A stretch of DNA of 57,269 nt from Lentisphaerota bacterium (GCA_012521875.1 JAAYLN010000204.1:1-57269), one strand, 5' to 3'; positions 17,307 through 26,830 are shown, counted from the first letter of the stretch. A program made the numbers and translations. Notes: generated by a model not told the origin, from the letters alone.

Positions 17307-17884
17307 ACGCCCTCCTGTTTTTGGATGGTGGCGGCGAGTTTCCTGACGGCCTGGTGCAGCAGGGTGCCGACATAGCCGCTGGAGCGGCCGGTCACGTCGG
17401 CAATCTCCGCATAGCTCAGCCCCTCCTGCAGGCGTAAAAGGATCACCTGGCGCTCGGGCAGGCTGAGCGTGTCGAGGGAGCGCATGACGAGGGCGACGCG
17501 CTCGTCGGGCTGCGGGTCGCAGTGGACGCCGTCGGGGCAGCCGATGGCGGCATCGGCGGCCCGGAGGTCGTGGTGACGGCGGCGGCGCTCCTCGGCGCGG
17601 ATCAGATCGACGGCCTCGTTGTGCGTGACGCGGTAGAGCCAGGCCTTGAGGCGCGCATCGGCCTGCATGCCCTCCGGCCACTGCCGGAAGAGCTTGATAA
17701 AGGCGTTCTGTACTACATCCTGGGCCATGACGGTGTTCCGCAGCAGCCGGGCGGCATAGCGCAGCAAAGGCGTCTCAAAGGCGGCCACGACGGCTTCAAG
17801 CCGTTCATTGCGCCTCACGCGTGGAGACTTGTCCTGCGCTGGGTTATCAACCATTTCCGCTCCCGGGATCGAGGAACCTTTCAT
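17303..17884 (-). CDS. ECF-type RNA polymerase sigma-70 factor
   Basis: Region 2 LLRYAARLL..AQDVVQNAFIKLF..WLYRVTHNEAVDLIR. Region 4 LPERQVILLRLQEGLSYAEIADVTGRSSGYVGTLLHQAVRKL. Confidence 0.9.
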   Translation of the reverse strand: MKGSSIPGAEMVDNPAQDKSPRVRRNERLEAVVAAFETPLLRYAARLLRNTVMAQDVVQNAFIKLFRQWPEGMQADARLKAWLYRVTHNEAVDLIRAEERRRRHHDLRAADAAIGCPDGVHCDPQPDERVALVMRSLDTLSLPERQVILLRLQEGLSYAEIADVTGRSSGYVGTLLHQAVRKLAATIQKQEGV

Positions 17885-17935
17885 GGCTTATACGTCTGCC
17901 GCGGCAACTTTCTTTGCCGCGCAGTAATTTTCAGG

Positions 17936-18370
17936 CTAAGGCATGACCCGCAAGCCGGCTGCGGCGGCCAGAGCCTTCTGCCGCGTGTCGAAGGAAAGAA
18001 AGAGCGTGGCGCCGAGCGCGGCGGCGGTAGCAACATGCAGGATATCTGCGGCACGTGTTCCGAGGGTTTCAGTGTGAGCCGCACTTAGCTCCTCGGCAAC
18101 GTCGTACACCTCCGCCCATGCAACAGGGGTCTCCGCTAACACACCTGAACGCTTGTCCATCTCGATGGCAGCAAGGACAGCCTGGCATTCAGGCGCCGTA
18201 ATCTCTCTGCGGAAACACGCCAACCGAACGGCGTTACGAGCCTCATGGCGTTGAAACGGCGTGTAGATCAGCGGGGTTTCGAACTCCATGACAAGCGTCT
18301 GAGCGCGAGCGCTGTTAGTATCGCGGCCATACAGCGAGACCAGGAAGCTCGTGTCGGCGTAGATTACCAC
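17936..18370 (-). CDS. vapC: PIN-domain toxin (VapC-like)
   Basis: GTG start overlaps the antitoxin stop. VIYADTSFLVSLY...ADILHVATAAALGATLFLSFDTRQ carries the typical PIN acidic positions. Confidence 0.8.
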   Translation of the reverse strand: MVIYADTSFLVSLYGRDTNSARAQTLVMEFETPLIYTPFQRHEARNAVRLACFRREITAPECQAVLAAIEMDKRSGVLAETPVAWAEVYDVAEELSAAHTETLGTRAADILHVATAAALGATLFLSFDTRQKALAAAAGLRVMP

Positions 18371-18612
18371 CTGCCCTGCTCCCGTTCTTCCAGCACGATA
18401 TCGGTGAAGCTTGTCGTCTTCTCCCCGAAGATCGCCTTCGCACGCGCAGCGAAATCGGGCATCCTGACCTTGGCCGGAGGTTGCGGGCGGGGCGGCAGGA
18501 TGCGTGCCACGGGGCGCTTGCGGTTGAGCACCGTGATCTCCTCGCCCGCAGCAACCCAAGCCAGCACGGAGCCGAGGTCGTGGCGCACTTGTCGAATGGT
18601 GACGGTTTTCAT
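18364..18612 (-). CDS. Phd/YefM-type antitoxin
   Basis: MKTVTIRQVRHDLGSVLAWVAAGEEITVLNRKRPVARILP. A 7-nt overlap with vapC. An alternative ATG lies at 18621. Confidence 0.75.
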   Translation of the reverse strand: MKTVTIRQVRHDLGSVLAWVAAGEEITVLNRKRPVARILPPRPQPPAKVRMPDFAARAKAIFGEKTTSFTDIVLEEREQGRW

Positions 18613-18619
18613 GGTATAC

Positions 18620-18648
18620 ATTATGTGTCACATCAATGCCGGCGTCAA
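18620..18648 (-). promoter_or_regulatory. Sigma-70-like promoter for the antitoxin-toxin pair; implies a leaderless or near-leaderless mRNA
   Basis: Minus strand reads TTGACG-17 nt-CATAAT-GTATACC-ATG(18612). Confidence 0.4.
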
Positions 18649-18833
18649 GCGCAGAGGGGGCGCAGAGGGGGGGGGCGGCTAGCGACAGGGGAGGGGATCA
18701 TACGGACCAAGTCGTATGATCGATGAGGATACAAGGGAAAGGGAGCGGAGGGTAAATGGAGTGTCCGCGTCCTCGTCCCCGGAAGAGATTGCACCGACAG
18801 GACGCCAAGGTCGCCAAGGGGAATCGCGCTGGT

Positions 18834-18978
18834 CTTAAGCCACCCGCCCCATCTTTCGCTTTCGACAAAGCGTAGGGACAAAGTGTGGAGACGAAGCGTA
18901 GCCGACAAAGCGTGGAGACAAGGTGCATGGACAAAGTGTGAGCGCGAAGCACCCACTTAAACCCTCTCTTAAACTCAC
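18834..18978 (-). repeat. TTAAG/CTTTGTC composite element, copy T4 (reverse, TTAAG module split and partly deleted)
   Basis: CTTAAGCCACCCGC fragment. GACAAAG/GACGAAG units at 18861-18938. GCGCGAAGCAC hairpin. CCACTTAAACCCTCTCTTAAACTCAC. Confidence 0.85.
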
Positions 18979-19033
18979 ATCATGCGGTTGGCGGCTCGCC
19001 GGTCACGCCGCGTAGCGGCATGACAGGGACGGC

Positions 19034-19244
19034 TCGCCCTACCCTTCGGTTTGCTGTACCGTGAGCTTGGCCTGGCGCGGCGACCGGGGGCTGACGGTAC
19101 GGATGGGGACTGGGCGAACGGAGAGGCCGGAACGCTGGAGCCCGCCGTCCCCGGCGGTACCGTTCGCTATTCATGCGCCGCATCAGTACACCGCGGAGAC
19201 CGCGGGCTCCATAGCGCATCTGAAGTGAACGGGATGCCGGAACG
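19034..19244 (+). repeat. Element B, short form
   Basis: Co-linear with 1293-1492 by eye, with the same hairpins. Confidence 0.8.
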
Positions 19245-19355
19245 CTGGAGAGAACGTTCCCCCATGCTTGACATCGTGCATCCGTCCGGGCAAACTGGGC
19301 ACATGGGCAATGTGTTCCATCACAAAGCCGGAACCAGTGCTATAGTGGGGTTTGC

Positions 19356-19703
19356 ATGGTGACAATCGCATCCATTTTACGACTAACTCTAGCCTCGCTG
19401 CTCTTTATTGTGGCATGGTTGCCAAAACCATCCGTCATAAGCCCTGATAAACCCCTTATTGTTGGCGAGAACGTGGTAAATTTAAGGGTTGAATATGGGG
19501 TGCTGTGGAAATATGCGCACCATAATCTGGCTGTTGTAGCAGTGGGAGACCGTTCAACGCCGATTGTTGACAAATCATTAGGGGTGGGCGTGATGACTTT
19601 TGAGCCGTCGGGGCTGCTCAAGTCGATATTGCTTACTGTTGTTGGGGTTTTGCTAATCGTAGGCGGAAAACGGCCTGGCCACTTGAAGAAACCAGTTGCA
19701 TAG
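19356..19703 (+). CDS. Orphan small membrane protein (115 aa) in a locally AT-richer patch
   Basis: Hydrophobic N-terminus (IASILRLTLASLLFIVAWL) and C-terminus (LLKSILLTVVGVLLIVGG). Visibly lower GC than the surroundings. No recognisable family. The overlapping minus-strand ORF looks less protein-like. Confidence 0.4.
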   Translation: MVTIASILRLTLASLLFIVAWLPKPSVISPDKPLIVGENVVNLRVEYGVLWKYAHHNLAVVAVGDRSTPIVDKSLGVGVMTFEPSGLLKSILLTVVGVLLIVGGKRPGHLKKPVA

Positions 19704-19817
19704 GAGCGGGTGACAGGTCGGGCTTTCAGCCCGCGTTTACCCAATTCGCCGGCAGTCCTAGGGCTGCGTCGCCCTTTCATGCGCTGATGCATGTGCTTTA
19801 GCAGGTGCCTCCTCTTG

Positions 19818-19950
19818 CGGACGAGCAGACGCTCGTCTCCCGTGGCTGCGGGCGTGGCGTTAATTGCGGTGCCCTGCGCGCGGCTAGCCGGGACGGCTTC
19901 GCCCCACCTGTGCTGGCGCGCTTCAGCAGGGGCTTTCCAGAAGCTCGACT
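19818..19950 (+). repeat. Element D copy
   Basis: CGGACGAGCAGACGCTCGTC hairpin, then GCGGTGCCCTGCGCGCGGCTAGCCGGGACGGC..., aligning with 4908-5035. Confidence 0.75.
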
Positions 19951-19974
19951 ACATTCGACGACAGCGGACTTGCC

Positions 19975-20046
19975 GAGGACGAGGACGAGGACGAGGACGA
20001 GCGGAGCACAACCAATCACAAATCACAAATCTAAAATCACAAATAC
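19975..20046. repeat. (GAGGAC)n hexamer array followed by an (AATCACA)n array
   Basis: GAGGACGAGGACGAGGACGAGGACGAGC. CACAACCAATCACAAATCACAAATCTAAAATCACAAATAC has an inverted copy at 39731-39768. CGTCCTCG runs also occur at 4765-4780 and 49835-49870. Confidence 0.8.
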
Positions 20047-20388
20047 CCCTTGGCGTTCGTGGCACCTTGCCTGCTTCCTCATCTGCGCGGGCCAGGTCCC
20101 GCGGTAGAAAGCGCGTCCGGGGCCGCGCACTCAAACCGCTTGCGCACGTAGTGCGCCGCGCGGGGTGATCGAATAAGCCGTATAGCTGAAATACCGGGCG
20201 TCTGGCTGATAGGGGGCCGCGTGCGGACGGAGCTCAAGCGAAAGCCGCAGGGTAGGGCTGCAAGCCCACAACTGCAAGGCTCCACACTCCATCACTGCGG
20301 CTACCCCTGCCATTTTCGCGTTAATTGGCGTCCATTCGCGGTTACATCTCTTGGCGTTCTTGGCGTCTTGGCGGTTCAAATCGCTGCG

Positions 20389-20437
20389 CTGTACCGTGAG
20401 CTTGTGCCGGGGCGGCGGGCGGGGTGGTTCGGTACAG
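20389..20437 (+). repeat. Isolated SL1 hairpin module of Element B
   Basis: CTGTACCG-33 nt-CGGTACAG. The same module is reversed at 37787-37845 and 39640-39689, and lies inside the long Element B copies. Confidence 0.75.
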
Positions 20438-20532
20438 GTGGGAGAAAACCGTTTGCGACACAACCCAGTTGTATCGCAGAAGAGGGTAAAAGAGCGTGGA
20501 AAGCCGCGCCTTCGCGTGAGCTAATCTGTTGC

Positions 20533-20651
20533 TTTCGACGAAGGCGACAAAGTTTCCGACAAAGCTCGCGACAAAGTGGGTTTTCGGCCCATTCCAACTG
20601 CCTACTGCAACTGCCTACTGCAACTGCCGCTGCCCCCGCAGGGGCAGCGGC
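20533..20651. repeat. Short-period GACAAAG array, then an (ACTGC[CA])n array ending in a perfect 11-bp hairpin
   Basis: TTTCGACGAAGGCGACAAAGTTTCCGACAAAGCTCGCGACAAAG. CCATTCCAACTGCCTACTGCAACTGCC.... GCCGCTGCCCC-cgca-GGGGCAGCGGC at 20626-20651. Confidence 0.85.
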
Positions 20652-20665
20652 GCGACTGAACCGGC

Positions 20666-20710
20666 ACAAAAAAGGCTGAAGGTCCAACCTGTTGGGAAGT
20701 GCCTTCAGCC
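20666..20710 (-). terminator. Rho-independent terminator downstream of pnp
   Basis: Minus strand reads GGCTGAAGG-loop-CCTTCAGCC followed by TTTTTTG, about 50 nt after the pnp stop. Confidence 0.7.
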
Positions 20711-20759
20711 TCTCTAGTGCCGTTCTGTGACGGGCGGCGCGGTTAAGCCGCCACAGGCA

Positions 20760-22877
20760 TTACTTATCCTCGGCGGCGGCCTTGTCGCGGTCGCGCATGG
20801 CCTCGCGGCGGCTGAGCTTGACGCGGCCGCGGTCGTCGATGGCGATGACCTTGACCCAGATCTTGTCGCCGATGTTGCAGACATCCTCGACCGCGCGGAT
20901 GCGCGTATCGGCCAGCTCGCTGATGTGGCAGAGGCCGTCCTGGCCGGGGAGAATCTCGACGAAGGCGCCGAAATCCTTGATGCCGGTGACGGTACCCTCG
21001 TAGATGCGGCCCTCCTCGGGCTCCATCGAGATGGCCTCGACCTCGCGCACGGCCATCGCCATCGCCTCGCCGTTGGTGGCGAAGATCGAGACGGTGCCGT
21101 CGTCATCGATGTCGATCTGCGCGCCCGTGAGATCGGTGATGCGGCGGATGTTCTTGCCGCCGGGGCCGATCAGGCCGCCAATCTTGTCGACGGGGATGAC
21201 GAGCGTGGTGATGCGCGGCGCATGCGGCGAGAGCTCGCCGCGGGGCTCGGCGATGATGCCCTCCATGAAGTCGAGGATCGCCAGGCGGCCTGCGCGGGTC
21301 TGGCGCAGCGCCTCCTCGACGATGTCCCAGGTGAGGCCGCGGATCTTGAGGTCGACCTGGAAGCCGGTGATGCCCTTGCGGGTGCCGGAGACCTTGAAGT
21401 CCATGTCGCCGCAGTGATCCTCGGCGCCGAGGATGTCGGTGACGACGACCTTTTTAGACTGGTCGGCACTGGTGAAGAGTCCGGCTGAGATGCCCGCCAC
21501 GGGGGCCTTGATGGGCACACCGGCATCCATCAGCGCGAGCGTGCCGACGCAGACGCTGGCCATCGAGGAGGAGCCGTTGGAGCCCGTGATATCCGAGACG
21601 ACGCGGATGGTGTAGGGATAGTCGGTGGGGATGACCGGGCGCAGGGAGCGCTCGGCCAGGGCACCGTGGCCGATCTCGCGGCGGCCGGGGCCGGTGATGC
21701 GGCGCACCTCGCCGACCGAGTAGGGCGGGAAGTTGTAGTGCAGCATGAAGCGCTTCTCCTTCTCGCCGCCGGCGATGGCGTCCAGCTCCTGGACATCCTG
21801 CCCGGTGCCGAGGGTGACGGTACCGAGCGACTGCGTCTCGCCGCGGTTGAAGAGCGCCGAGCCGTGGGCGCGCGGGATCAGGCCGACCTGCGCGGCAAGG
21901 GGGCGCACCTCCTCCGCGGCGCGTCCGTCGATGCGTGCGCCGTGGTCGAGCACGTTGCTGCGGACAGTCTCGATCTCCAGCGCGTCGAAGAGGCGCATGA
22001 AGTCGTTATCCGTGGAGTCGGGCGAGGCCTCGGCCAGCTTGGCGCGCAACGCCGTCTTGATCTCGGTGACCTTCGACTGGCGCTCGAGCTTGCCGGGAAT
22101 GCGCAGGGCGGCGCGCAGCTCGTCGCCGGCGGCCTGACGCAGGATGTCCATCAGCTCGTTGCTGGGCGGCGTCTCGACGATGACCTTGTCGGGGAGGCCG
22201 AGCTTGCGGCGCAGCTCGATCTGCAGGTCGACCAGCTTGACGACCTCCTCCTGGGCGGCCTTCATGGCGGCCAGGAAATCCTCGTCGGCGATCTCGTCGG
22301 CTCCGCCCTCCATCATCAGGAAGCGGTCACGCGTGCCGGCGTACATCAGGTCGAGGTCGCTCTTCTCGCGCTGCTCGTTGGTCGGGTTGATGACCCAGGC
22401 ACCGTCGATGCGTCCGATGCGCACGGCGGCGATCGGCCCGTAGAAGGGGATTTCGGAGAGGTGCAGCGAGGCGCTGGCGGCGATCACGCTCAGGACGTCG
22501 GGATCATTCTCCCCGTCGGCGGAGAGCAGCATGTTCATGATCTGGACGTCGTTGTAGTAGCCCTCGGGGAAGAGGGGGCGGATCGGGCGGTCGGTCAGGC
22601 GGGCGATGAGCGTCTCGCGGTCGCTCGGCCGGGACTCGCGCTTGAAGTATCCGCCGGGAAAGCGTCCGGCGGCGTAGTACTTCTCGCGGTAGTCGACCTG
22701 GAGGGGGAAGTAGTCGATACCCTCACGCGGGGTATCGGTATTGCAGACCGTCGACAGGAGAATGGTGTCGGCCAGCCGCACGGTGACGGAGCCCGCAGCC
22801 TGTAGAGCGAGCAGCCCGGTCTCGATGGTGATCGTTTGGCCGCCGATTTCGGCGGAAACGGAGGTTACCTGATTCAT
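20760..22877 (-). CDS. pnp: Polyribonucleotide nucleotidyltransferase (PNPase)
   Basis: 705 aa. Two RNase PH-like halves, then KH and S1 domains ([33 protein letters not shown]). Lies directly downstream of rpsO, as is typical. Confidence 0.95.
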   Translation of the reverse strand: MNQVTSVSAEIGGQTITIETGLLALQAAGSVTVRLADTILLSTVCNTDTPREGIDYFPLQVDYREKYYAAGRFPGGYFKRESRPSDRETLIARLTDRPIRPLFPEGYYNDVQIMNMLLSADGENDPDVLSVIAASASLHLSEIPFYGPIAAVRIGRIDGAWVINPTNEQREKSDLDLMYAGTRDRFLMMEGGADEIADEDFLAAMKAAQEEVVKLVDLQIELRRKLGLPDKVIVETPPSNELMDILRQAAGDELRAALRIPGKLERQSKVTEIKTALRAKLAEASPDSTDNDFMRLFDALEIETVRSNVLDHGARIDGRAAEEVRPLAAQVGLIPRAHGSALFNRGETQSLGTVTLGTGQDVQELDAIAGGEKEKRFMLHYNFPPYSVGEVRRITGPGRREIGHGALAERSLRPVIPTDYPYTIRVVSDITGSNGSSSMASVCVGTLALMDAGVPIKAPVAGISAGLFTSADQSKKVVVTDILGAEDHCGDMDFKVSGTRKGITGFQVDLKIRGLTWDIVEEALRQTRAGRLAILDFMEGIIAEPRGELSPHAPRITTLVIPVDKIGGLIGPGGKNIRRITDLTGAQIDIDDDGTVSIFATNGEAMAMAVREVEAISMEPEEGRIYEGTVTGIKDFGAFVEILPGQDGLCHISELADTRIRAVEDVCNIGDKIWVKVIAIDDRGRVKLSRREAMRDRDKAAAEDK

Positions 22878-23029
22878 GTGTGTCCTTTCTGGACAGAGCG
22901 TGCCGGGGGCACTGCAAGGCCGCGGTAGCCTACCGCGAAACTGCCGTCTCCCTCCCAGGCTGCCCCATCGGGGAACAGCCCGCCCAAACCGTGGGCGACG
23001 AGTGGGATAGCGGCGCGGGCCGCCGGTGG

Positions 23030-23293
23030 CTAGCGACGGATGCCGAGTTCCTTGATCAGACTCTGGTAGCGCGGCTCGTTCTTGCGCTTCAGGTAGTCAA
23101 GGAGGCGGCGTCGGGCGCTGACCATGCGGATCAGGCCATACCGGGAGCTGACGTCCTTCTTGTGGCTCTTGAGGTGCTCGGTAAGCGCCTCAATCTTCTT
23201 GGTCAGCACGGCGATCTGCACTTCGCTCGATCCAGTGTCAGTCTCATGACGCTGGAAGGCCTTGCGGATCGCGTTCTTGTCGATTTGGCTCAT
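23030..23293 (-). CDS. rpsO: 30S ribosomal protein S15
   Basis: [74 protein letters not shown] at 23293. Confidence 0.95.
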   Translation of the reverse strand: MSQIDKNAIRKAFQRHETDTGSSEVQIAVLTKKIEALTEHLKSHKKDVSSRYGLIRMVSARRRLLDYLKRKNEPRYQSLIKELGIRR

Positions 23294-23582
23294 GTTTCGG
23301 CTCGGAGTCCTTAACCCAGCTTGCTTTGTCGTTACTCTCGTCGTTGTTTTACGGCGTCGAATATGCCTTTCCCGTCCGGAAAAGTCAAGCGGGTTCGATC
23401 TCCGGCGTGGCTGGAGAACACGCGAAGGCCAAAGCCGCAACGGGGAGACCAGCTCCAGACACGCCGCAGGTGATGCGGGATACCTTACCGGAAAACCGCC
23501 CCCGTGTGCAAGCCTATTCCTGCCTATCTTTTTCTGTTGTGCCACAGGCAGCAAGTTTGATATAGTAGAGAACGTGAACGCC

Positions 23583-24869
23583 ATGAATACACTTGCTAAG
23601 CAAACCATACAGATTCCCGAAGCTCTTGAGAGCTTCCCCATCGCCGACTGCCGCTTCCGGCGGCGCATCCAGAAAGCCCTGGCAAACTACAAGCTCCTGG
23701 GCGAGCTGCAGGGATTGAAATATGACAGCCTCTTCGATCTGGATACGCCGGAAGGCGAACGCTCGGCCCTGTCACTGGCCAACCGGCTCGACGCCCTGGC
23801 GCAGGATGCCAAGGAGCGCAAGACCGATTGGACGAAGGCGCTGTCCGGCAAGCGCGCATCGCGCACGGTGGACGACGTGCCGATGGTCGGCGGCCCGCAG
23901 CCGGACGCCCTCGACTGGTTCATGCTGGACGATCTGCTCAAGGCGGCTCCGGCGGAACTTGACGATCTGGAAGTGCGGCTGATCCCCCACGCGACCTGCA
24001 TCAACGCCTTCCTCTCGCGCAACAAAATCAAAACCATCGGCGATCTCAAGGCCTTCGACTTCACCAGATCCAACTGGGGCCTGGGGCGCCTGAAGCTCAA
24101 CTCGCTGATCGATCTCGTCCGCCGCGCGCAGGATGAGAACCGCCAGGCCGATGTGACGAGCGCGTCCGAGGCGGCTTGCCTGATCGTCAAGACCGTGGAC
24201 ACCTTCATGAAGCTTCCGGACAGGGAAGATGCCAACCGCATGCTGCGCCTGCGCATGTGCGGCGAGGCCGAGGGCGACAAGCCCTGGACGCTGGAGCGCA
24301 TCGGGCAGTCGTTCAAGCTCACGCGCGAGCGCATCCGGCAGATCATTGATGAGAACCAGTTCCCCGGACTGGCCAGCTTCGGCGGCGTGCGCTTCAACAA
24401 GGCCCTGCTCCGCCTGGGCGAGGCCTGCGAGAAGCCGCTGCTTCCGCTGACCGAGGCCCGCTTCGCGAAGTGGCTGGGCAACACCGCCCGCGACTACCCG
24501 CTCCCGTTCTATCTGGCGCTGGCCGAGACCCTGGCTCCGGCGGATACGCTGCCGGTATGGGTCGAGACGCCATTCTATAATTATGGCAACAGCCAGAAGG
24601 TATGCCAGGCGCGCCGCCGGCTGAAGTCCCTCCGGATTAAGAGCGGGACACCGCTCACGTTTGACGAGGTGTTCGCCCAGCTCCGCCGCCGTCTGCCATC
24701 GCTTACGAAGAAGGTCTTCTTCGCCGCCCTCTTCAACAACCCCCTCTTCGAGGTGGATGCCGAGGCGGGCACACTTACACGCCTCGCCAGCTCGTCTGGC
24801 ACCCGGCCGCGTGCCGTCAGCCGACCACCAGCGCGGTGCGCGCCGGCAGGTAGATGCGGATGCGGGTGA
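23583..24869 (+). CDS. Hypothetical DNA-binding protein with a sigma-70 region-4-like HTH and RNAP-alpha-CTD-like helix-hairpin-helix segments
   Basis: [20 protein letters not shown] (region-4-like). [25 protein letters not shown] and [20 protein letters not shown] (HhH-like). The 3' end overlaps convergent glgB by 53 nt. Confidence 0.55.
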   Translation: MNTLAKQTIQIPEALESFPIADCRFRRRIQKALANYKLLGELQGLKYDSLFDLDTPEGERSALSLANRLDALAQDAKERKTDWTKALSGKRASRTVDDVPMVGGPQPDALDWFMLDDLLKAAPAELDDLEVRLIPHATCINAFLSRNKIKTIGDLKAFDFTRSNWGLGRLKLNSLIDLVRRAQDENRQADVTSASEAACLIVKTVDTFMKLPDREDANRMLRLRMCGEAEGDKPWTLERIGQSFKLTRERIRQIIDENQFPGLASFGGVRFNKALLRLGEACEKPLLPLTEARFAKWLGNTARDYPLPFYLALAETLAPADTLPVWVETPFYNYGNSQKVCQARRRLKSLRIKSGTPLTFDEVFAQLRRRLPSLTKKVFFAALFNNPLFEVDAEAGTLTRLASSSGTRPRAVSRPPARCAPAGRCGCG

Positions 24870-26823
24870 CGCGCTCCGAACCCTCGACCTCGTCGTAGAC
24901 GGGGTACTCCTGGTTCTCCTGGATGCGTCCCTGTCCGCCGTAGATCTCGCTGTCGCTGTTCAGCAGGCCGCGGTAGCGGCGTCCCGGCGGAACCAGCAGC
25001 GGATAGCCGGCCACCGAATTGGTGGCGTGGAAGTTGAGAATCACGACCATGCCGCCGCGCCCGAAGGCCAGCAGCTTGGTGGCATCGTCGATCAGCAGCC
25101 GCTGCGGCGCGGAGGTCTCCAGCGCGCGGCGTTCGGCGAAGAGGCGGATCATGGCGGCGTCGAACTCGCCCAGACAGTAGAAGTAGAGCGCCGGATCGTC
25201 GCGCAGGTGCCACTGGCGGCGCGCATGGTGGTAGGAGTAGTTGTTGCCCTCGCGCGGGAAATCGATCCATTCGGGATGGCCGAACTCGTTGCCCATGAAG
25301 TTCAGGTAGCCATGCCCCGCAGTGGCCAGCGTCGCGAGCCGGATCAGCTTGTGCAGCGCGACACCGCGCTCGGTGGTCAGCGATGGCGTGCCGCGGCACA
25401 TGGTGTCGTAGATCGCCGCATCAAGCATCTCGAAGAGCAGGGTCTTGCCGCCCACCAGCGACTGGTCGTGGCACTCGACGTAGTTGACGGTCCGCTCGTC
25501 CGCGCGGCGGTTGGTCAGCTCGTGCCACAGGAAGCCGACGTTCCAATCCTCGTCGCGGACATCGCGCACGAGCTTGAACCAGCACTCGGGCACGCCCATC
25601 GCCATGCGGTAGTCGAAGCCGGCGCCGCCCTCGGCCAGCGGCGCGGCCAGTCCGGGCATGCCGCTGACGTCCTCGGCGATCGTCAGCGCGTCGGGCCGCA
25701 GCTCGTGGATCATCTCGTTGGCCAGCGCGCAGTAGATCCAGGCGTCCTCGTCCACCTCGCTGCCGAAGTACTGCCCATAATCGGTGAAGTCCACCCCCAG
25801 ACCGTGGTGCAGGTAGAGCATGCTGGTGACGCCGTCGAAGCGGAAGCCGTCGAAGTGGAACTCGTCGAGCCAGTAGTGGCAGTTCGAGAGCAGGAAGTGG
25901 AGAACGTCGGTCTTGCCGTAGTCGAAGCAGCGCGAGTCCCAGGCCTCGTGCCAGCCGCGCGAGCCGCCGTGGAAGTACTGGGTGGTGGTGCCGTCGAAGC
26001 ACGAGAGGCCATCGCGCTCGTTGCGGACGGCGTGGGAGTGGATCAGGTCCATCACGACCGCGATACCGGCGGCGTGGGCGTCGTCGATCAGTGCCTTGAG
26101 CTCCTCCGGCGTGCCGAAGCGCGAGCTGGCGGCGAAGAAGCTGCCCACCTGGTAGCCGAACGAGCCGTAGTAGGGATGCTCCATGATCGCCATCAACTGC
26201 AGCGTGTTGTAGCCGCCGTCTATGATGCGCGGCAGCACCAGGCGGCGGAACTCGTCGTAGGTACCGATGCCGGGACGTTCCTGCGCCATTCCGATGTGCG
26301 CCTCGTATATCAGCGGCGCCCGCTGCGGCACACGCCAATCCGGGTGCTTCCAGACGTAGGGCTCGGGCGGGTTCCAGACCTGCGCCGAGAAGAGGTTGGT
26401 CCCGGGATCCTGCACCACACGGCGCGCGTAGGCCGGCAGGCGCTCGCCCTGTCCGCCCTCCCACGAAATCAGCAGGTGGTAGCGCTGGCCGTGCCTTATG
26501 CGCTCCAGAGGCCACGAGCCCTCCCATACCGCACGTCCGGGGAGGCGCCTGAGCGTGAAGAGCGGCTGAGGGCGCCAGTTGCTGAAGTCGCCCACCAGAC
26601 AGATCCCGGTGGCGTTGGGAGCCCATTCGCGGAAGACCCAGCGGTCCGCCAGGCGCTTCAAGCCGTAGTACTCGTGGGCGTTGGCGAACTCGCCCAGCGA
26701 GCCCGGCCCCGCCACCAGCTCCCGCCGCCGCCGCTCCTTCAGCTCCTGCCGCCGCCGGATCACGCCCAGATAGGGCGCCAGGTAGGGGTCGTCCGCCAGA
26801 GGTACCGGTAGATGCGTCTTCAT
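24817..26823 (-). CDS. glgB: 1,4-alpha-glucan branching enzyme (GH13)
   Basis: GH13 conserved regions VVMDLIHSH, GFRFDGVTSM, IAEDVSG and YVECHD. Confidence 0.9.
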   Translation of the reverse strand: MKTHLPVPLADDPYLAPYLGVIRRRQELKERRRRELVAGPGSLGEFANAHEYYGLKRLADRWVFREWAPNATGICLVGDFSNWRPQPLFTLRRLPGRAVWEGSWPLERIRHGQRYHLLISWEGGQGERLPAYARRVVQDPGTNLFSAQVWNPPEPYVWKHPDWRVPQRAPLIYEAHIGMAQERPGIGTYDEFRRLVLPRIIDGGYNTLQLMAIMEHPYYGSFGYQVGSFFAASSRFGTPEELKALIDDAHAAGIAVVMDLIHSHAVRNERDGLSCFDGTTTQYFHGGSRGWHEAWDSRCFDYGKTDVLHFLLSNCHYWLDEFHFDGFRFDGVTSMLYLHHGLGVDFTDYGQYFGSEVDEDAWIYCALANEMIHELRPDALTIAEDVSGMPGLAAPLAEGGAGFDYRMAMGVPECWFKLVRDVRDEDWNVGFLWHELTNRRADERTVNYVECHDQSLVGGKTLLFEMLDAAIYDTMCRGTPSLTTERGVALHKLIRLATLATAGHGYLNFMGNEFGHPEWIDFPREGNNYSYHHARRQWHLRDDPALYFYCLGEFDAAMIRLFAERRALETSAPQRLLIDDATKLLAFGRGGMVVILNFHATNSVAGYPLLVPPGRRYRGLLNSDSEIYGGQGRIQENQEYPVYDEVEGSERVTRIRIYLPARTALVVG

Positions 26824-26830
26824 GGCTGGG

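Noticed and set aside
14700-17681. N-terminal extensions proposed by the ORF track (993 aa here; also 32547-33461, 40869-42758, 17936-18631, 23030-23668, 47972-48829 and 48753-49757)
   Set aside because: The extensions are Arg/Pro-rich, overlap upstream genes or run through repeat arrays. Internal ATG or GTG codons with start/stop coupling or family-typical N-termini give the expected protein lengths.
20360-20376. tRNA-like T-loop (GGCGGTTCAAATCGC)
   Set aside because: The flanking bases cannot form a T-stem, and no acceptor or anticodon arms are present. It is part of the CTTGGCG-array module that recurs at 1546-1580.
22878-23029. rpsO-pnp intergenic hairpins as something novel
   Set aside because: Hairpins such as CGCGGTA-gcc-TACCGCG and GCGGC-..-GCCGC fit the well-known structured pnp leader and rpsO terminator arrangement (RNase III/PNPase autoregulation). 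This is ordinary.
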